From: a virus
DNA: 64,000 nt
Direction: 5' to 3' (one strand)
Virus record (IMG/VR): IMGVR_UViG_3300034109_001012
Within the stretch, counting starts at the first letter, position 1. The number at the start of each line of letters is the position of its first letter. The translations under genes were made by a program, and so were the position numbers. Of the stretch, positions 52,678-61,856 are shown in pieces. The notes below the pieces were generated by a model. That model saw nothing but the letters and a program-made list of their open reading frames with translations, made no database searches and was not told the DNA's origin.

Positions 52678-54529
52678 GAGTACGATTTTTCCTGGGAATT
52701 TGAATCAATGTCTTCCCGCTACTGTATCAATTGAAACGGGGGGAAGTTTGACTACGAATGGCACAATCTATTTAGGGATTCAAGCCCTCAACGAATCGGG
52801 GGTTAATTTTTGTTCAACACTCGTACCGGCAAGCTATACGGTCGGGAGTCGAATTAGAGTCCAGTTTAATTCTGCCAACAGAACCGGAGGGACTCTATTC
52901 CCTTATTATCTCTTAATTGCTTCACCTGATAGCGACAAAGCCAATGGTCACGTTATAGGAATCTGGAAAAATTGGGAAGACAACGGAAAAACTTTAGCGA
53001 CATTCTCCGACATTCTTTTGAGCCAAGATACTGATTTAGCCATCACCCCGCTATCGGTAGCAAACCCTCTGGCACTACCAACAAATGCCATTCAGGGACA
53101 GGTAAGAACTGTTACCAGTTTGGGTGCTTATTACCTGAGATTAGACACCCCGCAAGCTGTTGATGGGGTTAAGGTTATTGCTGATAATTCAGGGAATAAA
53201 TGGATTTTGAATCTTGGATCTACTAATTATGGGGCATTCCCAATCGGAGGGACTACTGGAGTTTTTGGCTGTCATCAACCAGCAGCGAATATTGATGCTG
53301 AAATCTTAGCAAATAATCCATTTTTTCCACGTCCCACATACACTCCCGATGGTAGCGGATCATTGTTTGACCCCGATCAATCACCGATTAGGTTAGCTTT
53401 CCTAAATCTGTATGACTCGGAAATGGGAGTGGGTAGAAGACTCCGTTTAAACTGTTTTTTAAATGGGTCAGAACCTGTTTCTAATTTGTTGAGTGGGAGG
53501 ATTTTTGCTAAGGTTCTAGGCTTTGTGAATATTGATTCTGGGGAGCTTGTCACCGAAAATGACACGGGCGATGGGAACGATATGGATGGTGTTGGGGAAT
53601 GGGTTCCTGTTGATACGAAGTTAGGCTTTTTTATTCTGCAAAGACCTTTGCCTTATAACTGGGTTGTCGCTGTTGAGATAGCAGTTGGATTCAAGTCTTC
53701 GGAACTTCAGATAGCACCCGGATCGATTTTGAGCTTTACTCTTAGCTGTGGGATTCAGTCAGGTGTGTTGGTTGAAGGAGGTCTGATTTATAGGCAGCCA
53801 CAAGGGGGATTAATCTATAAAGATCAAAATTATACGGGTCGGGTTTTGCCAGATGCTGTAGGGGTGAGAGTTGGCAGGATGGCAGGGGGGATGATCCACG
53901 GATCACAGTCTCGAATCTATGAATTTCTGGACACACCTGAACAGTTTTTATCTGGATTTTTAACCAATACTGAAGGGCAAAAAATAACCCTTAGTCGTGA
54001 TGGTGTAGCCACTTTTCGAGGGATTGAGGCTACCCAATCATCGGAAGCGTTATTGGCAATTGTTTCTACAAAAACTGGGGAATCCAAGGTTTTTTGGGGT
54101 GCTAATGAATTAGTCCTAAATAGCCAAGGAATTTCAGCCATAATAACCTATCCATCAGGAGGTTTCAATGTTTCCTTGATTCGTTTCTATCTTTTAATTA
54201 ATGGCGTTTTATATAGGCAGGATTCTCCTTCTGGAATCACAACAGGATTAACCTCTCAAACTTTTAATATTTCTGCCATTACTGGATTTAGTTTGACAAG
54301 TTTAGAACCGACTAATTATATTAATGGCTTATTTACCTCTCCTGGTATGGCAATAAGTTTATCCTCTGGATCTCTGTCTGGAAATATTAAGTTAGGGGTT
54401 TCTTATGTTTACAATGGAAGTATTGTCTCATCAATCTCTCAAGATGTTTCACTAGGGTGTTTACCTATCCTAGATTTTGATGCTATGATTAGAATAACAG
54501 CAAGGAAGATGACGTTAATTTTTGGATAA
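52664..54529 (+). CDS. large structural protein (tail/baseplate candidate)
   Basis: 621-aa ORF with a GTG at 52664 or an ATG at 52676. It precedes the fibre genes. Confidence 0.5.
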   Translation: MTIFMSTIFPGNLNQCLPATVSIETGGSLTTNGTIYLGIQALNESGVNFCSTLVPASYTVGSRIRVQFNSANRTGGTLFPYYLLIASPDSDKANGHVIGIWKNWEDNGKTLATFSDILLSQDTDLAITPLSVANPLALPTNAIQGQVRTVTSLGAYYLRLDTPQAVDGVKVIADNSGNKWILNLGSTNYGAFPIGGTTGVFGCHQPAANIDAEILANNPFFPRPTYTPDGSGSLFDPDQSPIRLAFLNLYDSEMGVGRRLRLNCFLNGSEPVSNLLSGRIFAKVLGFVNIDSGELVTENDTGDGNDMDGVGEWVPVDTKLGFFILQRPLPYNWVVAVEIAVGFKSSELQIAPGSILSFTLSCGIQSGVLVEGGLIYRQPQGGLIYKDQNYTGRVLPDAVGVRVGRMAGGMIHGSQSRIYEFLDTPEQFLSGFLTNTEGQKITLSRDGVATFRGIEATQSSEALLAIVSTKTGESKVFWGANELVLNSQGISAIITYPSGGFNVSLIRFYLLINGVLYRQDSPSGITTGLTSQTFNISAITGFSLTSLEPTNYINGLFTSPGMAISLSSGSLSGNIKLGVSYVYNGSIVSSISQDVSLGCLPILDFDAMIRITARKMTLIFG

Positions 54530-54530
54530 T

Positions 54531-54701
54531 ATGAGAGATCTAAATTATGTATCGCAAGAGTTAATAAAAATATTAAAATTAACTCAGCCTCAAATTAAAA
54601 ACGGATACAATCAAGTCACGCTATCAACTCAAAAGCAGACGATTGTAATTCCCAAACAATCTGGCTCCAAAAGATCATCATCTAGTTCAAGGAGTATTTG
54701 A
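54531..54701 (+). CDS. 56-aa protein (not in ORF track)
   Basis: MRDLNYVSQELIKILKLTQPQIKNGYNQVTLSTQKQTIVIPKQSGSKRSSSSSRSI. It starts 2 nt after the previous stop and fills the gap. Confidence 0.35.
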   Translation: MRDLNYVSQELIKILKLTQPQIKNGYNQVTLSTQKQTIVIPKQSGSKRSSSSSRSI

Positions 54702-54704
54702 AAC

Positions 54705-55172
54705 ATGACACTATCGACCGAAGCTCGAACGAATCTAAACAGCATTTTAACTGCCTTGGATGAGCAAATGCAGTTAAGCGAAAATGCAGCTTATCAAGCT
54801 GCATTAAAATACAACGCTGTATTGAGTTGCTTTGATGATATCTCTACGCTCACCAAAGAGGCAACATTAACAGCGATTAACGCCAAGATTCCCAGTCTTT
54901 CTAATAACAGGATTCCGGTTGAGTTGCCCGCGACCAACTTAACAGCAGATTGGAGGATTTTAACAGCAGGGACAACAACTATTCCCGCAGGGAGTTGTTA
55001 TGTCTACATAACGATTTTAACCGGAACTGTAACGATTAATGGACTGACAAAAACAGCAACAAATGGGATTAATGACATTGTGAATTTGGAGTCATGCTTG
55101 CCCGCGCGACATCCCGCCATCACAATCATTGTTCCAGAAGGGGCATCCGTTGAACTAATAAGGGGGTTTTAG
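54705..55172 (+). CDS. hypothetical protein (fibre-associated)
   Basis: 155-aa ORF that abuts the fibre gene. Confidence 0.45.
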   Translation: MTLSTEARTNLNSILTALDEQMQLSENAAYQAALKYNAVLSCFDDISTLTKEATLTAINAKIPSLSNNRIPVELPATNLTADWRILTAGTTTIPAGSCYVYITILTGTVTINGLTKTATNGINDIVNLESCLPARHPAITIIVPEGASVELIRGF

Positions 55173-56906
55173 ATGGGCGTTGGACAATTAATTAGGAATG
55201 TGATTACAGCTGAAACCGATCCAACGGTGGCAAATTTCACAAAATCATTAACTTCTAGCAACACAATCTTAACGGCTGTTAACGCCGCGTCTGGCACAAT
55301 TTCAGCATCGGTTTTGCCATCCTATGTTGATGATGTCTTGAATTTTGCTAACCTTGCAGCGTTTCCGGTTGCGGGTGATGCTGGCAAAATTTATGTCACC
55401 GAAGATAACAACAAAACCTACCGATGGTCGGGTTCTGTTTATGTTGAGATATCGAGTTCTGCTACTGCGGGAGAGGCTTTAAAACTAACCACGCCACGGA
55501 CAATTACAACAACGGGGGATGCTAGTTATTCAGTTAGTTTTGATGGTTCAGCCAATGTTACAAGTGCGATAACACTGGCAACGGTCAATAGTAATGCTGG
55601 TTCTTTCGGTAGTGCTAGTTCAATTCCTGCTATTACTGTCAATGCTAAGGGTCAAGTAACTGCGGTTTCAACTAACAGTATCGGCAACGAATTAATTGCT
55701 ATTCAATCGCTATCCGACACCCCAGGATTCCTAAAAAAAACAGGGGATGGGACTTATTCAATTGATATTAATTCCTATCTTTCATTGGCGGGTGGAACTT
55801 TAACAGGGGCATTGATCGCCACTTCTTTTTCTGGGGTTGGGACGGCATTAACAGCTTTAAATGCTTCAAATATCTCAACTGGAACCATCAACGCAGCCCG
55901 ATTACCCGCAGCTTACCTCCCCCTGACTGGTGGGACTATCACAGGGGACTTGGTTTCAACTAGCGCAACGGTATCAACCTCTCCCAATACAGGGGCTTTG
56001 AGGGTTGCTAGTTTAGGGGTTACGGGTGATGTCAATGCGTATACGGTATCAGCTAGTGAATTAACAGTTTCGAGTATTTATCCGGCGATATGGCTTAACG
56101 AGAGCAAAGCCCCGACAAATAAAAAATTATGGTATTTGGTGGTGGATGGGGAGACGCTCCAGTTTCAAACGAGAGATGATAATAGTAATTTCCTAGGGCA
56201 GCCCCTTACTGTTTCAAGGGCGGGTACTATTACCACAACAGATATGATTGTGTCTGCTGCAACACCTTCAACTTCTACCACTACAGGCGCGATTCGTGCA
56301 GCTAGTTTGGGGATTACGGGAGCGATTTTTGCTGGTTCGTTGAACGGGGATGGCTCCGGACTAACCAGTTTAAATGCTTCTAATATTTCAACCGGAACCT
56401 TGAGTGCTGCCAGACTTCCCGACACATACCTTCCTTTGGCTGGTGGTATTGTAACGGGTGCTTTAAGGTTACGAAGTCTGGGGTATGCAGCTGCTATCGA
56501 AATCAGTAACCTTGGAAAAACAGAAGCAGGACTTAGCACCTCATACGTTCTCTATAATATGAAATCAACAAATGCGGGGGGGAGCTTGCAAAATGGTTTT
56601 CATATTTACTCTTATAATAATAATGCTGTTAAATCAATACCCTTCACTATTTTAGATAATGATAATGTAGGAATTGGTACTACTAGCCCATCGCAACAAT
56701 TAGATGTTAATGGGTCGGCAAAAGCAACGTCTTTTGTTGTTGGGACTAATCAAGTTGTTTCCGCCCGAAGAACGGGATGGGCTGCCCCTACGGGAACCGC
56801 TACTCGCACAACTTTTGCAACTTCAACGGTAACTCTTTCACAATTAGCTGAAAGAGTAAAAGCGTTGATTGATGATTTGACAACTCACGGATTAATAGGA
56901 GCATAA
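55173..56906 (+). CDS. tail fibre protein
   Basis: Repeated LNASNISTGT(I/L)(N/S)AARLP..YLPL(T/A)GG..TG.L motifs are typical of phage fibres. Thr/Ser/Gly/Ala-rich. Confidence 0.7.
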   Translation: MGVGQLIRNVITAETDPTVANFTKSLTSSNTILTAVNAASGTISASVLPSYVDDVLNFANLAAFPVAGDAGKIYVTEDNNKTYRWSGSVYVEISSSATAGEALKLTTPRTITTTGDASYSVSFDGSANVTSAITLATVNSNAGSFGSASSIPAITVNAKGQVTAVSTNSIGNELIAIQSLSDTPGFLKKTGDGTYSIDINSYLSLAGGTLTGALIATSFSGVGTALTALNASNISTGTINAARLPAAYLPLTGGTITGDLVSTSATVSTSPNTGALRVASLGVTGDVNAYTVSASELTVSSIYPAIWLNESKAPTNKKLWYLVVDGETLQFQTRDDNSNFLGQPLTVSRAGTITTTDMIVSAATPSTSTTTGAIRAASLGITGAIFAGSLNGDGSGLTSLNASNISTGTLSAARLPDTYLPLAGGIVTGALRLRSLGYAAAIEISNLGKTEAGLSTSYVLYNMKSTNAGGSLQNGFHIYSYNNNAVKSIPFTILDNDNVGIGTTSPSQQLDVNGSAKATSFVVGTNQVVSARRTGWAAPTGTATRTTFATSTVTLSQLAERVKALIDDLTTHGLIGA

Positions 56907-56908
56907 AA

Positions 56909-57223
56909 ATGAGTTACCAAGAGCATAGAATTGTCTATCGTCAACAGTTTGAAACTGCAAATCCTCAAACTGGAATTGTTAATAGGGAATATATTGAAGC
57001 CTGTTATGTAATCGTCATGGTTGACGATGAAACGGGTCATACAATCCCAACGAATAAAAGCGGAATCATTAGGATTCCGTTGGCTAAATATCCAGGGCTG
57101 CACGATGCTATTGAGGCTTTTGTTCCTATTTTTATTGATGCCTTTGAGAAGGAATATCAAGAAAGATTAGACGCGGAATTAGTCGCACTTGAATCCATGG
57201 ACAACGACCCGTTAGTACAATAA
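56909..57223 (+). CDS. hypothetical protein (fibre assembly candidate)
   Basis: 104-aa ORF 2 nt after the fibre stop. Confidence 0.4.
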   Translation: MSYQEHRIVYRQQFETANPQTGIVNREYIEACYVIVMVDDETGHTIPTNKSGIIRIPLAKYPGLHDAIEAFVPIFIDAFEKEYQERLDAELVALESMDNDPLVQ

Positions 57224-57227
57224 CAAT

Positions 57228-57563
57228 ATGCCATTGACAATCGACAATTCTGGCTATATTCTCCTGCTATTTTTTGCCGGACTAATTTCTATTGTTAATG
57301 GCATCTTCTTATTTTTTGATGATAGAAAATTAAATAAATACTTGAGTTCAACGCTATTGATTAACAGTGGTATAATGCTGATATTTGATAGTTTAAATAA
57401 ATTTGGCTATCAAAAATTTGGATATATCAAGGTTTCGACTTTAGTTATTCAGGTTTTTATCAGTTTTCTATCGTTGTTTTTGGTGTGGGAGCATTACTAT
57501 GAACGGAACAAAAAACTTAAGGAAAGAAAGAGAAAAAAACAGGACTTTCCCGACGTTGATTGA
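57228..57563 (+). CDS. membrane protein (holin-like candidate)
   Basis: 111 aa with three hydrophobic helices and a highly basic C-terminus (KKLKERKRKKQ). Confidence 0.45.
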   Translation: MPLTIDNSGYILLLFFAGLISIVNGIFLFFDDRKLNKYLSSTLLINSGIMLIFDSLNKFGYQKFGYIKVSTLVIQVFISFLSLFLVWEHYYERNKKLKERKRKKQDFPDVD

Positions 57564-58002
57564 ATACGAGAGATACAACAGTAAACCAGTTTTTAAGATT
57601 AAGTATGTCGGTCAGGCATTGTTTTTTAATCATCATTTCTTGGTGATGATTTTATTGGGGTTTTTTGGGGTGATATTTACCCCGCCAAAAACTTCCATTT
57701 ATTTCGTAAACGAAAGCATCGACTTCCTGAACGCCTTTATGTTGGGGGTGGGGATTAGCGGTGTGATTTGTTGGGTATTTGTTTATAAGTTGAAAAAAAA
57801 TCATTATGTTAGCTCTCCGGTTTGGGTGGCTTGCTATTTGCTATTGAATATCTGCCACATCCTTTCAGTGTTGTTTGTTCTCGGTTTTTTTGGAGCCATA
57901 GGAATTGAACAAAACGGGAATATTTCTGCTTTAATTTGCGGGAATTTTTTCTCAACTCTTGTGGGAATTGTGTTATCTATAAAGTATACCTATAAGTCCT
58001 AA
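57499..58002 (+). CDS. multi-TM membrane protein (start uncertain)
   Basis: 167 aa with four hydrophobic helices. It overlaps the previous ORF by 65 nt. Confidence 0.45.
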   Translation: MNGTKNLRKEREKNRTFPTLIEYERYNSKPVFKIKYVGQALFFNHHFLVMILLGFFGVIFTPPKTSIYFVNESIDFLNAFMLGVGISGVICWVFVYKLKKNHYVSSPVWVACYLLLNICHILSVLFVLGFFGAIGIEQNGNISALICGNFFSTLVGIVLSIKYTYKS

Positions 58003-58003
58003 T

Positions 58004-58408
58004 ATGTTGACCTTTCTTCAGATTACTACAACCACACCACCAGACCAAACCGTCCAAACTGTCTTGGGGTTCACTGGTATTTTATTGAGTGGTAGTAGCG
58101 TGATCGGGATTGCTATTAATCGAATTTTTGATATTAAAAATGCTAAAATAATTGTGGAACTTCAGGGGAAGATTAAGACTCTTGAAAGGGAGATTGAATA
58201 CAGAGAAACCAATCTTCGCAAAATCGAAACTGAGAATATTAACTTAAAGGAAAAGTTAACCATATTACAAGAGCAGAGTAATTCAAGTATTAGTAATCAA
58301 ATAGCTGAATTACAAGAAAAAAATCAGAAGTTGAATTTAGAATATAAAAAAGCTATTGCAGTTATTAATAAGTTTAAAAAAAGTGTTAAACACCATCCTG
58401 ACCAATAA
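58004..58408 (+). CDS. TM-anchored coiled-coil protein (spanin-like candidate)
   Basis: 134 aa. An N-terminal TM helix is followed by heptad repeats. Confidence 0.4.
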   Translation: MLTFLQITTTTPPDQTVQTVLGFTGILLSGSSVIGIAINRIFDIKNAKIIVELQGKIKTLEREIEYRETNLRKIETENINLKEKLTILQEQSNSSISNQIAELQEKNQKLNLEYKKAIAVINKFKKSVKHHPDQ

Positions 58409-58423
58409 AGAATCCTTTTTATT

Positions 58424-58639
58424 ATGAAAAATTCTACTATAATTAAGTTAATAGCACTCAACAGGGAGGTGACGGCATCTGAGGAGATTTTCACGATTAA
58501 GGAATTGAAGGATAAATACCCTAAACTTTGGCTAAATTCTAGGGGAGATTATCAAGTTTTTGTTAATTCGTGTATGGATAAATGGATTAAGGAACAGGTA
58601 GAATTAAAGTGGAACGTTGTTACTTTTGAGGTGGGATGA
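58424..58639 (+). CDS. hypothetical protein
   Basis: 71-aa ORF. Confidence 0.4.
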   Translation: MKNSTIIKLIALNREVTASEEIFTIKELKDKYPKLWLNSRGDYQVFVNSCMDKWIKEQVELKWNVVTFEVG

Positions 58640-59028
58640 TGGATACGGAAGCATTAAAAAATTTAATAACCGAGTACGAGAATGCTACTACGGATTCAGG
58701 GTACAAGATGAGATTAGCTAATCAGATGAACGACATTATAAAAAAAGATATCTGGGAACTTCAAGGGAAAATTAGAGAGGAAATGATGTTGCGAATGCAA
58801 ACAAAAACAGAACAATTAAATAATTTAATAGCCAAAACAACGGGAGAAAATACCCAATATGGTTATTGGTATATTGAGTTCAGAGGTCGGTCTGGGTGGT
58901 GGGCGGTTTCTGATATCCCTGTTAGTTTTGGAGAGAATGGAACATACCTCGGTAAGTCTTATATTGATGCTGTCAGGTCAATTAAAGATTTATTTCCAGA
59001 AAGAAAACCTTTGAATAGGGTGCTATAA
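58636..59028 (+). CDS. hypothetical protein
   Basis: 130-aa ORF with an ATGA overlap. Confidence 0.45.
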   Translation: MMDTEALKNLITEYENATTDSGYKMRLANQMNDIIKKDIWELQGKIREEMMLRMQTKTEQLNNLIAKTTGENTQYGYWYIEFRGRSGWWAVSDIPVSFGENGTYLGKSYIDAVRSIKDLFPERKPLNRVL

Positions 59029-59136
59029 TAATAATGCACACTGATTAAAATTGGACAACACTAACCCGATGATTTATTAATTGTTGGGTTTTTTATTGGT
59101 GAAGATATTGGGTTTGTATTATAATATTAAAATGCA

Positions 59137-60066
59137 ATGGTAACTAATATTATTATGTATGCAAATCAAATTATTCATGGCGATTGTTTTGAGGTTTTAA
59201 AGAATATTCCTGATAAGTCGATTGATGCTGTGATAACCGATCCACCCTACGGAATTGGGTTGGCAAAATGGGATACTGTTGTGGATATCCCATTATTTAC
59301 TAAAGAGGTTAAACGGGTTTCTAATGGGTTTTATGCCTTCTTTGGTCAGATGCCAACTATGGTTAATTGGATTAATGAAGCTAATAATGAGAAATTGCAT
59401 TACTGTGAGCATATATCATGGATTAAGAGAATGGAAATGCCGTGTTTTCCTAGGCTAAAAAGGAAGCACGAAAGTATAATTCTTTATTCTAAAGACTCAA
59501 CTATAAAATATTTTAAAAATACAGGAAAATATGAAGATGTAAAAATCCCTGGGTTAATGTTTGATGTCATTACTATTCAGGCTATACAGAGGATGATCAG
59601 TGACCTGAAAACAGGAGTAGTTAGCAGGATTTCGTCTTGCAACTTTCAAGGACAATTTTCGAGTGAGAAAAGAAAACTCGGAAAAAGTCACAACCGATTG
59701 ATTCCAGAGGATGTAGACTTCACTAATGTTTGGTCATTCTTGCCACCCGTTTATCAACCTGGGAGAAGTCAAAAACAATCCTATGTACACCCAACAGAAA
59801 AGCCATTAGAGATAATGAAGCGGTTAGTTGAAATGCTAACACCGGAAGGTGGAACAGTTTTAGATCCGTTTTGTGGTAGTGGTACAACGGCGGTGGCTTG
59901 CAAAGAATTGGGGCGTAATTATATTTGTATTGAGAAAGAGAAAGAATATTTTGATATTGCTTGCGATCGCATCTCCCAACCCAGGGAATATTCAGAAACA
60001 GAATTAGAAATTATGGAGCTAAAGCAACCGGAATTTAAGCAATTAAGTTTGTTTGACGTGGCTTAA
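59137..60066 (+). CDS. beta-class N4/N6 DNA methyltransferase
   Basis: ITDPPYGIG is motif IV. HPTEKPLEIMKRLV. LDPFCGSGTT is motif I. Confidence 0.8.
   Translation: MVTNIIMYANQIIHGDCFEVLKNIPDKSIDAVITDPPYGIGLAKWDTVVDIPLFTKEVKRVSNGFYAFFGQMPTMVNWINEANNEKLHYCEHISWIKRMEMPCFPRLKRKHESIILYSKDSTIKYFKNTGKYEDVKIPGLMFDVITIQAIQRMISDLKTGVVSRISSCNFQGQFSSEKRKLGKSHNRLIPEDVDFTNVWSFLPPVYQPGRSQKQSYVHPTEKPLEIMKRLVEMLTPEGGTVLDPFCGSGTTAVACKELGRNYICIEKEKEYFDIACDRISQPREYSETELEIMELKQPEFKQLSLFDVA
60026..60066 (+). repeat. 41-bp direct repeat, copy 1
   Basis: AACCGGAATTTAAGCAATTAAGTTTGTTTGACGTGGCTTAA forms the 3' end of the methyltransferase gene. Confidence 0.9.
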
Positions 60067-60110
60067 ATTACTGCTAAAATAAGGTAAAGTAATTGTTTAA
60101 ACAGGGTAAC

Positions 60111-60515
60111 ATGGCAAAGCAAGATAAAGCAGAACAAAAAGAGGTTGAAACGTTTGAAAACAGAAAAAGTCAGTTTCAGTCTTGGCTAAAGAACAATCCA
60201 GATAATAGCGATTCTCAGCTATTCACAAGAATATCTATTGCAGTTCTTGATGCTCTCGAATACATGACAGCAAAATACAGTTATAGAAATGGAGAGATTG
60301 ATTTTGATTTTGAGACAATGGACGCATTACACAGCCATGACTACATTCTTAAAACACTAGAAAGGGTTGCATTATTTACGGCTTTTTTCCTAAAGATAAC
60401 AATCAAAGACTTCAGAATTATTCAAAACAATGAAACGTTAAGCAACGTCATTTGTTGGTTTGAAAGTGTGGATGCCTACGACTACGATAATTACGATCAG
60501 TTAACCGGAATTTAA
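60111..60515 (+). CDS. hypothetical protein bracketed by the 41-bp direct repeats
   Basis: The first ATG gives MAKQDKAEQ... The track ORF used the TTG at 60093. Confidence 0.5.
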   Translation: MAKQDKAEQKEVETFENRKSQFQSWLKNNPDNSDSQLFTRISIAVLDALEYMTAKYSYRNGEIDFDFETMDALHSHDYILKTLERVALFTAFFLKITIKDFRIIQNNETLSNVICWFESVDAYDYDNYDQLTGI

Positions 60516-60543
60516 GCAATTAAGTTTGTTTGACGTAGCTTAA
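60503..60543 (+). repeat. 41-bp direct repeat, copy 2 (one mismatch)
   Basis: Same sequence as copy 1 with one G to A change. It is read here in a different frame, ending at TAA 60513-60515. Confidence 0.9.
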
Positions 60544-60567
60544 TTAACAGACAAACTAATAAAATAT

Positions 60568-60576
60568 TGATATAAT
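60568..60576 (+). promoter_or_regulatory. extended -10 promoter TGaTATAAT
   Basis: It lies 12 nt upstream of the ATG at 60588. The mRNA is therefore near-leaderless, or the true start is the internal ATG at 60633. Confidence 0.45.
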
Positions 60577-60587
60577 TAATAACAGAA

Positions 60588-61172
60588 ATGCTCCTCGCGG
60601 TGTTAGTCGCACCCAAGAGCCGTAACCATTACATGGAAAATAGTCACATGGATAATATTAGCAAAGTATTGGTAAAATCCGTTCACTTAGGCGGTGGCAT
60701 TGTCTTAGAAGGTCATCAGTACCCAAGTGGAGAATTTGGTCTGTCCATCACGTCGGCATCTACTTCCCTGGGATTTTCAAGGGAATGGTTGGGGAGAGCT
60801 ATAGACAGAAGTGGCAACACCTTCAAAGCCTTATGTAGTGCGGGTTTTAGTGGTATTTCCGAGAAAGTGGCAACACCTTCAAATGGTGGGGAACAGGTTT
60901 CTCGCAGTATCTTGTTAAAGGATTTCAATAGATTAATCCTGTACGCTGCAAGCAAAGGAAATCCAGAAGCCGTCGCCCTTGCGGACGCACTGCTTTCAAT
61001 GAGCTTAACGGATCTATTTCGAGATACCTTTGGGGAGCGCCCCTTAACTCTGGATGAAAAACGGGCTGCTTTTTACAGGTCTTACGCCGCGACTATCAAT
61101 TGGCTCGAAGAAGATAGACAGGAATGGCGAGTCATTGAGGAACAAGAGGCGTTTATATTGAGTATGAGCTAA
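60588..61172 (+). CDS. hypothetical protein
   Basis: 194-aa ORF followed by a palindromic terminator. Confidence 0.5.
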   Translation: MLLAVLVAPKSRNHYMENSHMDNISKVLVKSVHLGGGIVLEGHQYPSGEFGLSITSASTSLGFSREWLGRAIDRSGNTFKALCSAGFSGISEKVATPSNGGEQVSRSILLKDFNRLILYAASKGNPEAVALADALLSMSLTDLFRDTFGERPLTLDEKRAAFYRSYAATINWLEEDRQEWRVIEEQEAFILSMS

Positions 61173-61181
61173 TCAAAAAAT

Positions 61182-61206
61182 AACCCTCTAAATATTTAGA
61201 GGGGTT
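61182..61206 (+). terminator. palindromic terminator copy 1
   Basis: CCCTCTAAATATTTAGAGGG is a perfect palindrome. The same element recurs at 61680. Confidence 0.6.
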
Positions 61207-61233
61207 AATCCCATGAGTAAACATTAATAAAAA

Positions 61234-61674
61234 ATGACTACACCAACGGATAGATACGCATCCGCACTAAAAGAACTCTCCTCACTCCTTGGGGGTCAAA
61301 TAGCCTATCACTTTCCTGATTATCAGGCAATATTAGATAACGTGCAGCCACGGGGTACAAGAGCCCTTTTTAGACAGCAAACTCGTTTAATGGCTGTTGT
61401 AGAAGGGGTTGCCATTATAAAGATCGGTAACTCTGCTATAAAAGAACTAGCCTCTACTCATCGCCATTCAAACGCATTGACTGAAGCGTTTAAGTCTTAT
61501 TATGGTGGCGAGGGCATGAGCCTTGTTTTTATTTGTGACGACGACATTATAAAACCACCGCCACCGCCAAGAGACAAGAATGGACAGGCAAGTATTTTTG
61601 ACATCCTGGAAAGTGAGTATTTTAAGAGTTCACCAAAAGGAGGCATTCTTACCAATCCCAAGCCAACTAAATAA
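61234..61674 (+). CDS. hypothetical protein
   Basis: 146-aa ORF with a PPPPP tract. Confidence 0.5.
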   Translation: MTTPTDRYASALKELSSLLGGQIAYHFPDYQAILDNVQPRGTRALFRQQTRLMAVVEGVAIIKIGNSAIKELASTHRHSNALTEAFKSYYGGEGMSLVFICDDDIIKPPPPPRDKNGQASIFDILESEYFKSSPKGGILTNPKPTK

Positions 61675-61679
61675 AAATA

Positions 61680-61701
61680 CCCCTCTAAATATTTAGAGGG
61701 G
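61680..61701. terminator. palindromic terminator copy 2 (bidirectional)
   Basis: CCCCTCTAAATATTTAGAGGGG lies between convergent transcription units. Confidence 0.6.
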
Positions 61702-61739
61702 TTAAACCTAAATAAACACAAATTAAAACTTGCGAAGTT

Positions 61740-61817
61740 TTAACTTAATTTGTTGGCGAGCATAACACCAACAATTCCGCATAGTAAACAAACCAACAGG
61801 GTTAAAAAATAAGTCAT
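61740..61817 (-). CDS. 25-aa hydrophobic peptide (not in ORF track)
   Basis: MTYFLTLLVCLLCGIVGVMLANKLS. Its leader and SD (AAGGTAGAG) are identical to those of the upstream gene 61903..62106. Confidence 0.45.
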   Translation of the reverse strand: MTYFLTLLVCLLCGIVGVMLANKLS

Positions 61818-61856
61818 GTCTCTACCTTTGTGTTGTTGATATCCCTTTTCGGGAAT

